A stretch of DNA of 64,000 bases, taken from NCBI GenBank assembly GCA_038087875.1, contig CM075997.1, positions 310,001 through 374,000 on the forward strand. Reading direction: 5' to 3'. The translations under genes and the position numbers were made by a program. This DNA comes from Malacoraja senta (Eukaryota). Below, piece after piece: positions 14,167 to 39,972 of the stretch (its first letter is position 1; the number at the start of each line of letters is the position of its first letter). The notes below the pieces were generated by a model that ran no database searches, was not told where the DNA came from, and saw only the letters and a list, made by a program, of their open reading frames with translations.

Positions 14167-14663
14167 CAAGGGTTCCAAACCAGAGGTACATTTATCCCCA
14201 AGGGGGTAAGTTTCGCCTCCCCAGGGGGTAAATCTGTTGATTGTGGATTTGTAGATATTTTTTCTCATTGACTGACTGTGTTTGGTTCTGGTATCATTAG
14301 GGTAGACAAAAGTGCTGGAGAAACTCAGCGGGTGCAGCAGCATCTATGGAGCGAAGGAAATAGGCAACGTTTCGGCCCGAAACCCTTCGGGTTTCGACCC
14401 GAAACGTTGCCTATTTCCTTTGGGTTTCGGCCCGAAACGTTGCCTATTTCCTTTGGGTTTCGGCCCAAAACGTTGCCTATTTCCTTCGCTCCATAGATGC
14501 TGCTGCACCCGCTGAGTTTCTCCAGCACTTTTGTCTACCCTCGATTTTCCAGCACCTGCAGTTCCTCCTTAAACACTCATTAATTGTTCATAAATAAGTG
14601 AAATTGTTTTGTGCTATTAAAGTTGCCAGGGGTAAACGGGACGAAAAAGGTTGGGAACCCCTG
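14167..14663. mobile_element. hAT/Charlie-like MITE carrying a palindromic Penelope-derived insert
   Basis: TIRs CAAGGGTTCCAAACC / GGTTGGGAACCCCTG; degenerate 8-bp flanks TTTCAGAG / CTTGAGAG; inner inverted repeat about 14298-14541. Confidence 0.65.
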
Positions 14664-15487
14664 CTTGAGAGACACTCGAGGCACGTTCTTGATGCTCAAA
14701 CTGTCTGAGCTTTGAGCACATGTTCCTCGAGAGGAATAGATCGGGAGAACACACAAAGTCTTTTAGCCAGAGTTAAGGAATAGAGAACAAGAGGACTTAG
14801 GTTTAAGGTGAGGTGGGAATTTTTTTTATTGGAACCTGTAGGGCAACTATTTCTATACAAAGGGTGGGTATGTGTATGGAATGTGCTGCCGGAGGAGATA
14901 GTTGAGGCAGGTACTATCAAAACATGTAAGAAACAGTTAGACAGTTACATGGATAGGACAGGTTTAGAGGGATATGGGCCAAACGCAGGCAGGTGGGACT
15001 AGTGTAGTTGGGGCATGTTGGTCGGCGTGGGGAAGTTGGGCCGAAGGGCCTGTTTCCACGCTGTATCACTCTATGACTCTCTCTATGACTCTACAGAGTT
15101 GGAGAATGTGGAGATCTGATCATTACTGTTTTCTCTTCTCTTGTTTAGTGTCAAATGGTTGACGCTGTTGTCAACCTTCGTAGCACATTTGACCATGTTA
15201 AAGGTGTTATATAGAAACATATTGTTGACAGGGTTCTGATGTGACTTCTGGTGGACCACAATGGTTGTTGACTTATACTGGCTGCCGTGGTTTTATTTTA
15301 ATGGACCAGGAAGATAACCATGCTAGTATTAATGGGCTGAATGACCTTTTCCTGAACAATTAAAGCTTGAGAATCCATTATTTTGCGAGATAGATAGGCT
15401 TGCATTTGTATAGTGCCTTTTACTACAATAAGGTAACAACAAAAGATAGACACAAAAAGCTGGAGCAACTCAGCGGGCCTAATGCAT

Positions 15488-15521
15488 GGTCTGAAGAAGG
15501 GTCTCGACTCGAAACGTCACC
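15488..15521 (+). ncRNA. Minimal type I hammerhead-ribozyme-like motif (representative of many copies)
   Basis: GGT-CTGAAGA-AGGGTC-TC-GACTC-GAAACGTC-ACC: CUGANGA box, stem II, GAAA box, GUC site and GGT/ACC helix I. Similar copies on + at 10510, 13433, 37816, 41373, 48383 and on - at about 7120, 10122, 32024, 52537. Confidence 0.6.
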
Positions 15522-17112
15522 TATTCCTTTTCTCCAGAGATGCTGCCCAGCCCGCTGAGTTACTCCAGCACTTTGTGTCTATCTACATTTTAAACCAGCA
15601 TCTGCAGTTCCTTCCCACACACGGTAAGACAGCTGACCCAGTGAGATATCTTCTCTGAACAAGGCCTTTGAGTAGTATTCCAGACATGTGTTAGCTTGTA
15701 GACACATAGAACGGCAAAGAACTGGTTAATACACAACAGGACACAGAGTGCTGGAGTAACTCAGCGGGTCAGGCAGCATCTGTGGAGAACATGGATAGGT
15801 GACGTTTTGGGTTGAGACCCTTCTTCAGTCCCCATCTGAAACATCACCTTTCCATGTTCTCCAGATGTGCTGCCTGACCCACTGAGTTACTCCAACATCC
15901 TGTGTCCACATGTGTTTGTTGACCTGTACAAAAAGTAGCCCATTGACATTGGACACAATAAATGGAATCTAATATGGGCCATTTGGCCCCTCTCTTGCAT
16001 GCTCTCCCATTTGATGAGATCCTGTTGATCATTTCTCCCCCTTGTCCATTGATTCCCTTGATATCTGCAGAAGGATCAGACAGGGTCATGGATAGGACAG
16101 GTTTGGAGGGATATGACCAAATGCAGCAGGTGGGACTGGTGTAGCTGGGACATGGTGGGCGAGTTGGGCCGAAGGGCCTGTTTCCACGCTGTATCACTCA
16201 ATGAATCTATGACTCTAAGTCTATCAAACAAATAGTGTCATCGTCAAACTGCACGGAAACAGGCCCTTCAGTCAAATCGCCCACACCGCCCAACATGCCC
16301 CATTGATGTGTCAGAACTGCCCATGTTTGGTTCGTTGCCCTCTAATCCTTTCCTATCCATGGATCTGTCCTCTAAGTAGTCATTACACAGAGAGAGCCCA
16401 AGGGTTTGTCAATGCCTAAAGAATGGAATTTCTCTTCATCTGTGTCCCGGATGACTGACCCTTTCTTGAGGGTGTGACTCATGACCCCAGCCAGGAGATC
16501 AAATCTGTGTCTTTCCGTTTGTTTATTTTAACAAGCCCACCCCTAATTCTTTCAACTTCAAGAGCGTACAAGCCCAGTCAACATTATCTATCCTCAGATG
16601 ACTAACTCACCCTTTTAGAAACCAAGGGAACCTGCGTTGACCCCTGTCTGGCCTTTAACAAACATGATTTGCTCGCATGGCGTAACGAAGAGGGTGTTCT
16701 TCACTGTCTGAAGAAGAGTCTTGACCTGAAACGTTGCCTGTCCATGTCCTCCAGAGAAGCCGCCTGGCCAGTTGAGTTACCCCAGCACTCTGTCCTCTAT
16801 CCGAGACTTGCACGCAGTGACCAGATCGGTTTATATTTCAGCACAGTCATACAACATGGAAACAGGCCCTTCGGCCCAACTTGTCCATTCCAATCAGGAT
16901 GCCCCCATCTAGGCTAGTCTCATTTGCTCACGAACGTTTGGCCCATATCCCTCACACAATATGTAGAGACAAGGAACTGCAGATGCTGCCCTTATACCAA
17001 AGATGGACAGAAAGTGCTGGAGTAACTCAACGGGTCAGGCAACATCTGTGGAGAAAATGGATGGGTGATGTTCTTTTTTGTGTGCAGATCCTTCAGAAGA
17101 AGTGACCTGACC

Positions 17113-17412
17113 TGAAACGTCACCTATCCATGTTCTCCACAGATGCTGCCTGACCCGCTGAGTTACTCCAGCACTCTGTGAAACGTCACCTATCCATGTT
17201 CTCCACAGATGCTGCCTGACCCGCTGAGTTACTCCAGCACTCTGTGAAACGTCACCTATCCATGTTCTCCACAGATGCTGCCTGACCCGCTGAGTTACTC
17301 CAGCACTCTGTGAAACGTCACCTATCCATGTTCTCCACAGATGCTGCCTGACCCGCTGAGTTACTCCAGCACTCTGTGAAACGTCACCTATCCATGTTCT
17401 CCACAGATGCTG
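17113..17412 (+). repeat. 66-bp tandem array (Penelope terminus-derived)
   Basis: Unit GAAACGTCACCTATCCATGTTCTCCACAGATGCTGCCTGACCCGCTGAGTTACTCCAGCACTCTGT, about 4.5 identical copies. Confidence 0.95.
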
Positions 17413-17535
17413 CATACAGTAGTACCAGGGACCGTCCTGTAACAGCGCTGGGTGGCACAGCGGTAGAGTTGCTGCCTCACAGCGCCAGAGGCCCCGGTTC
17501 GATCCTGACCTCGGGTGTCTGTCTGATGGCCTTAA

Positions 17536-18235
17536 GGGGCCTGTCCCACTTAGGTGTCCTTGGCACGCAAATTAGGCCACCTCGTGGTCGCGTTGAGCCG
17601 CGACGGTCCCGCGAAGGTCGCGCGCGATTTGATGCGTCCGCACAGCCGTCTGGAGCACGTGACGTCATTTGAAGATGGACACACAATGCTGGAGTAACTC
17701 AGCGGGACCGGCAGCATCTGTGGAGAGAAGGAATGGGTGACGTTTCGTGTCGAGACTCTTCTTCAGTCTCAAAAGAAGGGTCTTGACCCGAAACGTCACC
17801 CATTCCTTCTCTCCAGAGATGCTGCCTGTCCCGCTGAGTTACTCCAGCATTTTGTGTCTATCTCCAATCGTCTTAGCCCTGCTCTGGGAGTAGGAGTGGG
17901 GGCGGATCCGGATCCACAACGGCCGTGAGCCCCCAGGCCGAGCTCGGCGATCGTTTGCCTGCTTCTGCTGCTGTTGGAGGTGAGACGTTGTGTTGTGCCA
18001 GGGTCTTGGGCCTGTCCCACTTTGGCGGTCAGCTCCGCGACAGGGCGTTGGCGCGCGAAGATTTCGTTCGTTACAAAAATTTCGGAGCCCCGCGCGTTGT
18101 CGGACACAACTACATACCCCTCCGCGCTTCTCAGTGGGACCGGCCCCAGCGCGGCCACACGATGCCCGTACGCCTCAACGCGACCACGAGCTCGCGTAAT
18201 TTGCGTGCCAAGGACAAGTAAGTGGGACAGGCCCT
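17536..18235. mobile_element. PIF/Harbinger-type non-autonomous element
   Basis: TIRs GGGGCCTGTCCCACTTA..TGTCCTTGGCACGCAAATTA / TAATTTGCGTGCCAAGGACA..TAAGTGGGACAGGCCCT; TAA/TTA flanks. Confidence 0.75.
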
Positions 18236-19376
18236 TTATTCGGCTCCTATGTCTTATGGGTTTGTGGACTAATGAGGTCGTTCCAAGGCCCTGTAGACTG
18301 ATGCGTGATCTTTCTACCCCCATTTTCATGGTTTTATGAAACAGACCATACGTGAAAATGTCATGATGACATCTAAAGGTGGAGCATGTGACTGCACCCG
18401 AGAGTCGGTGGCTGGATTTCCCCCGCATGCTCCGGTTTCCTCCCGCCTCAAACACATGCTATGTGCTGGGTTAATTGACCACTGCATACACCCACCACTC
18501 TTTGGTGAAAATGTTTCTCCTCAACTTCCTATTCAATATTTCCCTCCTCATCTTAAATCCATTCCCTCTTATGTCCCAGCAATCTATGGCTTGCCAACAT
18601 CCTCATATTTGATGTTAAAACCAACCTTGTTTACACGGATCAGTCCGGATAAGATTCCCAAGTCCCAACCCGGAACGTCATCTGTCCATTCCCCCATAGA
18701 TATTTAGTTTAGAGATACGGGAAGAGGCCCTTCAGCCGCCTAGTCCATGCCGACCATCGATCACCCATTCACATTGTGTCATGCTATATTTGTATCCACT
18801 CCCTACACCCTGACTGGGGCCAATCAAGCCCGCCCGTCTGTGGGAGGAAACGGAGCACCCGGAGGAAACCCACTCGGCCAAGGGGAGAAGGTGCAAACTC
18901 CACACAGACAGCACCCAAGGTCAGGATCGAACCCTGGCCTCCGACGCTGTGAGGCAGCAACACTACCCGCTGCACCACCGGATTCTTTCGTATCCCTTTC
19001 TTCCTGTTTTGTTGCCTTCCGTCCTTCACAAGACCTAACATCAGACCAATGTTTAGAATTAACTTGCAGGATCTAAGTGGATTGTTTCTGTAACGTAAGA
19101 GGCGTTGTTTGTCAGCTCGAGATGTAATCAGTACAAGTTGGCTGAGAGTCAGTTGAACTTGCGCAAAGTGTTATTCATTTAGTCTCTGGGTTAGACAGCT
19201 TTCATGGTTTGGCAGAGAGTGAAGCCCATTGCCTGGAGGCTGGTTTGGACCCAAGTTGATGCTATTAAAACAGAGGCAAACCTTGCCACAAGTCAGGCTG
19301 TTGGATCAAATCATGTGTAGTCTTGTGCTCCATAAATGGAATCGGAGATACGTATCAACAGCAGAGAGGTTAAGTA

Positions 19377-19763
19377 CAATAGACAATAGACAATAGACAA
19401 TAGGTGCAGGAGTAGGCCATTTGGCCCTTCGAGCCAGCACCGCCATTCAATGTGATCATGGCTGATCATCCCCAATCAGTACCCGTTCCTGCCTTCTCCC
19501 CATATCGCCCTGACTCCGCTGTTTTAAGAGCCCTATCTAGCTCTCTCTTGAAAGCATCCAGAGAACCTGCCTCCACCGCCCTCTGAGGCAGAGAATTCCA
19601 CAGACTCACCACTCTCTGTGAGAAAAAGTGTTTCCTCGTCTCCGTTCTAAATGGCTTACTCCTTATTCTTAAACTGTGTGGCCCCTGGTTCTGGAACCCC
19701 CCAACATCGGGAACATGTTTCCTGCCTCTGGCGTGTCCAAGCCCTTAACAATCTTATATGTTT
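19377..19763 (-). mobile_element. CR1-type LINE 3' end flanked by a 95-bp direct duplication
   Basis: (CAATAGA)n tail and CR1 3' sequence; flanks 19281-19376 and 19764-19860 near-identical. Confidence 0.85.
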
Positions 19764-20520
19764 CCTGCCACAACAGTCAGACTGTTGGATCGATTCACGT
19801 GTAGTCTTGTGCTCCATAAATGGAATCGGAGATACGTATCAACAGCAGAGAGGTTCAGTACCAGAGATAGGCTCAAAAAGGAATAGGTGACGTTTCTGGT
19901 CGGGACCCTTCGTCAAACTCAGGGTCGGGGGAGAGGAGAACGAGATATATAGATGGTCCTTAACACAAACGAATGGAAGATATGCAGAAAGATAAAGAAC
20001 GTCACCCATTCCTTCTCTCCAGAGATGCTGCCTGTCCCGCAGAGTTAGTCCAGCATTTTGTGTCTACCTTCGATAAGCAAGGGAATCAAGGGACCGGCCT
20101 CCGATAGTAACCACGAGATTCCCTTTCTGTTGGAGGTCAGTTTAGTTTAGTTTTGAGATACAGCGCGGAAACAGGCCCTTCGGCCACCAAGTCCGCCCCA
20201 ACCAGCAATCCCACACACTAACGCTATCCTACACACACTAGGGACAATTTACAATTATACCAAGCTGAGAACTTAACTGGTTTTCCCTTGCACTAAACGT
20301 TATTCCCTCATCATGTATCTGTACACTGTGGACGGCTCGATTGTAATCATGTATTGTTTTTCCGCTGACTGGTTAGCCCGCAACAAAAGCCTTTCACTGG
20401 ACCTCGGTCCACGTGACAATAAACTAAACTGAACTGAATCTGTTTTTAACCTACAATCAAAGATGTCACTAGATGAACTTCCGTTGCTCTCTCTGCTTGC
20501 AGCGTGCATTCACAGTGCCC

Positions 20521-35171
<14,651 letters not shown>

Positions 35172-38100
35172 ACCATCTCAACTTGAGCCCCACCAGGATA
35201 GTGCAATAGCCCCAAGATCGGTAGCAGGTCGCTCCTAAACCCTACAGGAGTCTGCTTGCAAAAGTCAAACTGAACTTAGATCTGGGGCCATCCTAAATTA
35301 TAAATCACCGTTAACTCCTTGCAACAGATATCAAAGTATTTTATATTATAAGGTATTATTAGTCTGTAGTATGCTAATGTATTCGGCCACAGTTCACTCC
35401 TTACCTGTTTTAAAGGGGGGGGGGGGGGTTGTTTTTGTTTCAGATATATTTTTATGGAAAGTATTATTAAATCCTTTATTGTTAACCCCGTGAGTGTAAG
35501 ATGCAGTTCATTTTCGACACTGGCTATTTGGCCAGCAAGATGCCATGGGTGGATGCAAAGGGCTGGAGTAACTCAGCGGGTCAGGCAGCATCTCCGGAGA
35601 AAATCTGCGGAAGGATGTGCCGGCTCTGGAGAGGGTCCCAGAGGAGGAATCATCCCAGGAATGAGCGGGTTAACGTACGATGGGCGTTTGACGGCACTGG
35701 GCCTGCACTCGCTGGAGTTTAGAAAGACGAGGGGGGGACCTCATTGAAACTTACAGAATAGTGAAAGGCCTGGATAGAGTGGATGTGGAGAGGATGTTTC
35801 CACTAGTGGGAGAGTCCAGGACCAGAGGGCACAGCCTCAGAATTAAAGGGCATACCTTCAGAAAGGAGATGAGGAGGAATTTCTTCAGTCAGAGGGTGGT
35901 GAATCTGTTGAATTCATTGCCACAGACGATTGTGGAGGCCAAGTCGGTGGATATATTTAAAGCAGAGATAGATAGATTCTTGATTAGTACGGGTGTCAGG
36001 GGTTAAGGGGAGAATGGGGTTGAGAGGGAGAGATATACTCTTATATGTTCTATGTTCTGTGCCATGTTAATATTCTGTACTGTTCTATAAGGTCATAAGT
36101 GTTAGGAGTAGAATTTGCCACGGACGGCTGTGGAGGCCACGTCAATGGATATTTTTAAGACAGAGATAAATAGATTCTTAGGTAGACAAAAATGCTGGAG
36201 AAACTCAGCGGGTGCAGCAGCATCTATGGAGCGAAGGAAATAGGCAACGTTTCGGGCCGAAACCCTTCTTCAGACTGATAGATTCTTGATTAGTGCGGGT
36301 GTCGGGGGTTACGGGGAGAAGGCAGGAGAATGGGGTTAGAAGGGAGAGATAGATCAGCCATGATTGAATGGTGGAGTAGACTTGATGGGCCGAATGGCCC
36401 AATTCTGCTCCTATCAGTGAAGAACATGAAAAGGAATTGGTGACTCCAGAGATGCTGCCTGACCCGCTGAGTTACTCCAGCATTTTGTGTCTGTTATTTC
36501 AGCGTCAACCAGCATCTGCGGTTCCTTCCTACAAATACGTGCCATCTCGGGCTGTGTTTCTAGAACCAGTGACTCATCACAGCCTCACAGTTCCTCTCCT
36601 ATCGACGCGTGTCAGAAGCCTGTGGCTTACCTGATATCCCAGACCCCAGGCTGAAGAAGTGCCAGCCCTTTTAAAAGGAAATTGGTGGTTTTCCCCAAAC
36701 TTTCAAAGTAATCTGAGACTGCACACACAAAGTTCCTCAGTGGTGACTCATTACAGGAAGCAGGCAAGCTGGGCTCGATAATCAATCATTATTTTCTCAA
36801 CCCTCCCCCCCACCCCAATTGTATCCACCTATCACTTAATGTGTAGGAAGGAACTGCAGATGCTGGTTTACACCAAAGATAGGCACAAAAGGCTGGAGTA
36901 ACTCAGCGGGACAGGCAGCGTCTCTGGAGAGAAGGAATGGGTGACGGTTCTGGTCGAGACCCTTCCTCAGACTGAGAGTTGGGGAGAGATATGGAAAGTA
37001 CTTTGGCAGTTTTTTAAAGAATAAGGAGTAAGCCATTTAGAACGGAGACGAGGAAGCACTTTTTCTCACAGAGAGTGGTGAGTCTGTGGAATTCTCTGCC
37101 TCAGAGGGCGGTGGAGGCAGGTTCTCTGGATGCTTTCAAGAGAGAGCTAGATAGGGCTCTTAAAGATAGCGGAGTCAGGGGATATGGGGAGAAGGCAGGA
37201 ACGGGGTATTGATTGGGGATGATCAGCCATGATCACATTGAATGGCGGTGCTGGCTCGAAGGGCCGAATGGCCTCTACTCCTGCACCTATTGTCTATGTT
37301 TCTATGTTCTAATGACAGAGGGAAGTTGTTGTATCAGCGTCCAACGCTCAACGCCCTTCACTTCAACATCCGCACACAACCAACATGGTTTTTCCCGCAG
37401 TTGTAACGGCCAGCGAAGGAAGCCACCTGGGCTAATGTTGTTGCCAACTGCTGGAGCCGCCAGTCACATGGAGGTTTCATACCTGTGGTTTCGTGAGAGG
37501 ATGAAAGGTAACCGAGGTCAGAGTTCATTCCGTTAACAGGGCCTGCTCTCGTAGTCAAACTGAGGAGAGGGAGAGAGAGGGAGGGGGGGAGAGAGAATGA
37601 AAGAGGGGGGGAGAGAGAGAGAGAGAGAGAGAGAGACATAGGCAAGCGATCCCAGGCCGTAGGTTTAAGGTGACAGATAATGAACCCGTTCCCACAGCTC
37701 ACAATGATATAGCTTCCCTTATCTCTGTTACATTTTCACACCTTTCATTCATTTGTTCTACGTCTCTCTACATCACCGTCTATATCTCTCGTTCCCCTCT
37801 CCCCCAACTCTCAGTCTGAAGAAGGGTCTTGACCCGAAACGTCACCCGTTCCTTCTCTCCAGAGTCGCTGAGTTACTCCAGCACTTTGTGTCTACCTTTG
37901 GTTTAAACCAGCACCTGCAGTTCCTTCCTGCACATGGTTTAGTGACCGGACCCTCCTTCACACTGATCGGTCCCGGTCTGAAGAAGGGCCCTGACCCAAA
38001 ACATCGTCTGACCATTCCCCTCCGCAGATGCTGCCTGACCCGCCAAGTTCCTCCAGCACTTTCGGGTTTTTTTTGCCGCACCTGCATTTTCTTGCGTGCC

Positions 38101-38698
38101 ATCCTTCTAAACCTGAAAGCTCGTGGGACACTGAAGTCGCTGAGAATGAAACTGAAAACATGCAAATATTTATGAGCAGCAGGGGTTAGCGATGGGGATC
38201 GCTGACATGCCTCACTTTGCAATGGCTGGGAAATGTATATAACTCGAGGTATGTGCGTAGCATCTCAGTCCTAGAGTGATACAATGTGGAAACAGGCCCT
38301 TCGGCCCAACTTGCCCACACTGGCCAACATGCCCCAGCTACACTAGTCCCACCTGCCCACATTTGGTCCATATCCCTCCAAAACCTGTCCTATCCATGTA
38401 CCTGTCTAACTGTTTCTTAAACGTTGGGATAGTCCCTGCCTCAACTGCCTCCTCCGGCAGCTCGTTCCATACACCCACCACCCTTTGTGTGGAAAAAGTT
38501 ACCCCTCAGATTCCTATTAAATCTTTTCCCCTTCACCTTGAGCCTGTGTCCTCTGGTCCTCGATTCCCCTACTCTGGGCAAGAGACTCTGTGCATCTACA
38601 CGATCTATTCCTCTCATTGGCCTATATCACTAGCGTAGTTGCACTCGTCTCAAGAGAGGATTACTTGACATTGTCACTGAGTGGCTCTGATCACTGGT

Positions 38699-39288
38699 CA
38701 ATAGACAATAGGTGCAGGAGTAGGCCATTCGGCCCTTCGAGCCAGCACCGCCATTCAATGTGATCATGGCTGATCATCCCCAATCAGTACCCCGTTCCTG
38801 CCTTCTCCCCACGTCCCCTGACTCCGCTATTTTTAAGAGTCCTATCTAGCTCTCTCTTGAAAGCATCCAGAGAACCTGCCTCCACCGCCCTCTGGCAGAG
38901 AATCCCACAGACTCACCACTCTCCGTGAGAAAAAGTGTTTCCTCGTCTCCGCTCTAAATGGCTTACCCCTTATTCTTAAACTGTGGCCCCTGGTTCTGGA
39001 CTCCCCCAACATCGGGAACATGTTTCCTGCCTCTAGTGTGTCCAAGCCCTTAACAATCTTATATGTTTCAATGAGATATCCTCTCATCCTTCTAAACTCC
39101 AGAGTGTACAAGCCCAGCTGCTCCATTCTCTCAGCATACGACAGTCCCGCCATCCCGGGAATTAACCTTGTAAACCTACGCTGCACTCCCTCAATAGCAA
39201 GAATGTCCTTCCTCAAATTAGGGGACCAAAACTGCACACAATACTCCAGGAGTGGTCTCACTAGGGCCCTGTACAACTGCAGAAGGTC
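38699..39288 (-). mobile_element. CR1-type LINE 3' fragment
   Basis: LYRALVRPLLEYCVQFWSP...EGVQRRFTRLIPG...RTRGHSLRI; (CAATAGA) tail. Confidence 0.92.
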
Positions 39289-39879
39289 CTGATGCTCAGA
39301 GTATTTTAGCTCCCTACGTATCACCCCTTGGCATTGAGTTGTTAAGACATGACTCCCACATTGAGTAGGAAGGAACTGCAGATGCTGGTTACATCATGTT
39401 GCCCCCATGGTCCTCATTCAAGTTGTGATGCCAGGCATGGGACAGTGGTTGCCTCCTGGTACCCTGGACTGGTTCCACGACGGGCCCAGGTCTCTGGTGA
39501 CTGGGACGGGGCTGGAATCTCCCAGATTTCTGTTTGGAAAGGCCCTCCATAGCAACCCTGGAAGGCTGGAGTTTGACTTGGGGAAGGTCACTGAGAGCTG
39601 GACATTGGCTTGGACACTACTCGTGAATCTCTCCCATTGTGGCCCCTGCTTCCCACAGGTCAGCCGTCACGCGCACACACACGGCACCCCCCCCCCCCTC
39701 CCCGCCCCGCACCCTCCCGGGGTCCTGGTCATGAGATGGGCTTGTTGACGAGGTCTCCAAAGTGACGAGGTTCCTTCCCAAGCCAGTAGATCCATCCCGT
39801 TGCCGATCCCACTTCCCCGACTGCCGGTGTAAGTGGCCGCCACCAGCGTCTGCCCGCGTCCGTGGCGCCCCGTGAGATG

Positions 39880-39972
39880 TCAGGGTGGCAGTCCTGGGCG
39901 GTAGGAAGCTGGCACGTGTCTGAATCCAACCAAGAGAGAGAGCCCCTTCATCACCCCCACTGCTTTGGGGAC
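39880..39972 (-). CDS. DMPK: DMPK terminal coding exon
   Basis: ttcattcacccgcAG|gtc; VPKAVGVMKGLSLLVGFRHVPASYRPGLPP* resembles the human last exon start VPRPGLSEALSLLLF. Confidence 0.65.
   Translation of the reverse strand, partial: VPKAVGVMKGLSLLVGFRHVPASYRPGLPP

Noticed and set aside
17113..17412. 66-bp arrays as a CRISPR-like locus or a repeat protein (QSAGVTQRVRQHLWRTWIGDVS)n
   Set aside because: Units are head-to-tail with no unique spacers, the context is eukaryotic, and the ORFs exist only because 66 is a multiple of 3.
39729..39929. Alternative-frame DMPK C-terminus
   Set aside because: No splice site identified that would enter this frame.
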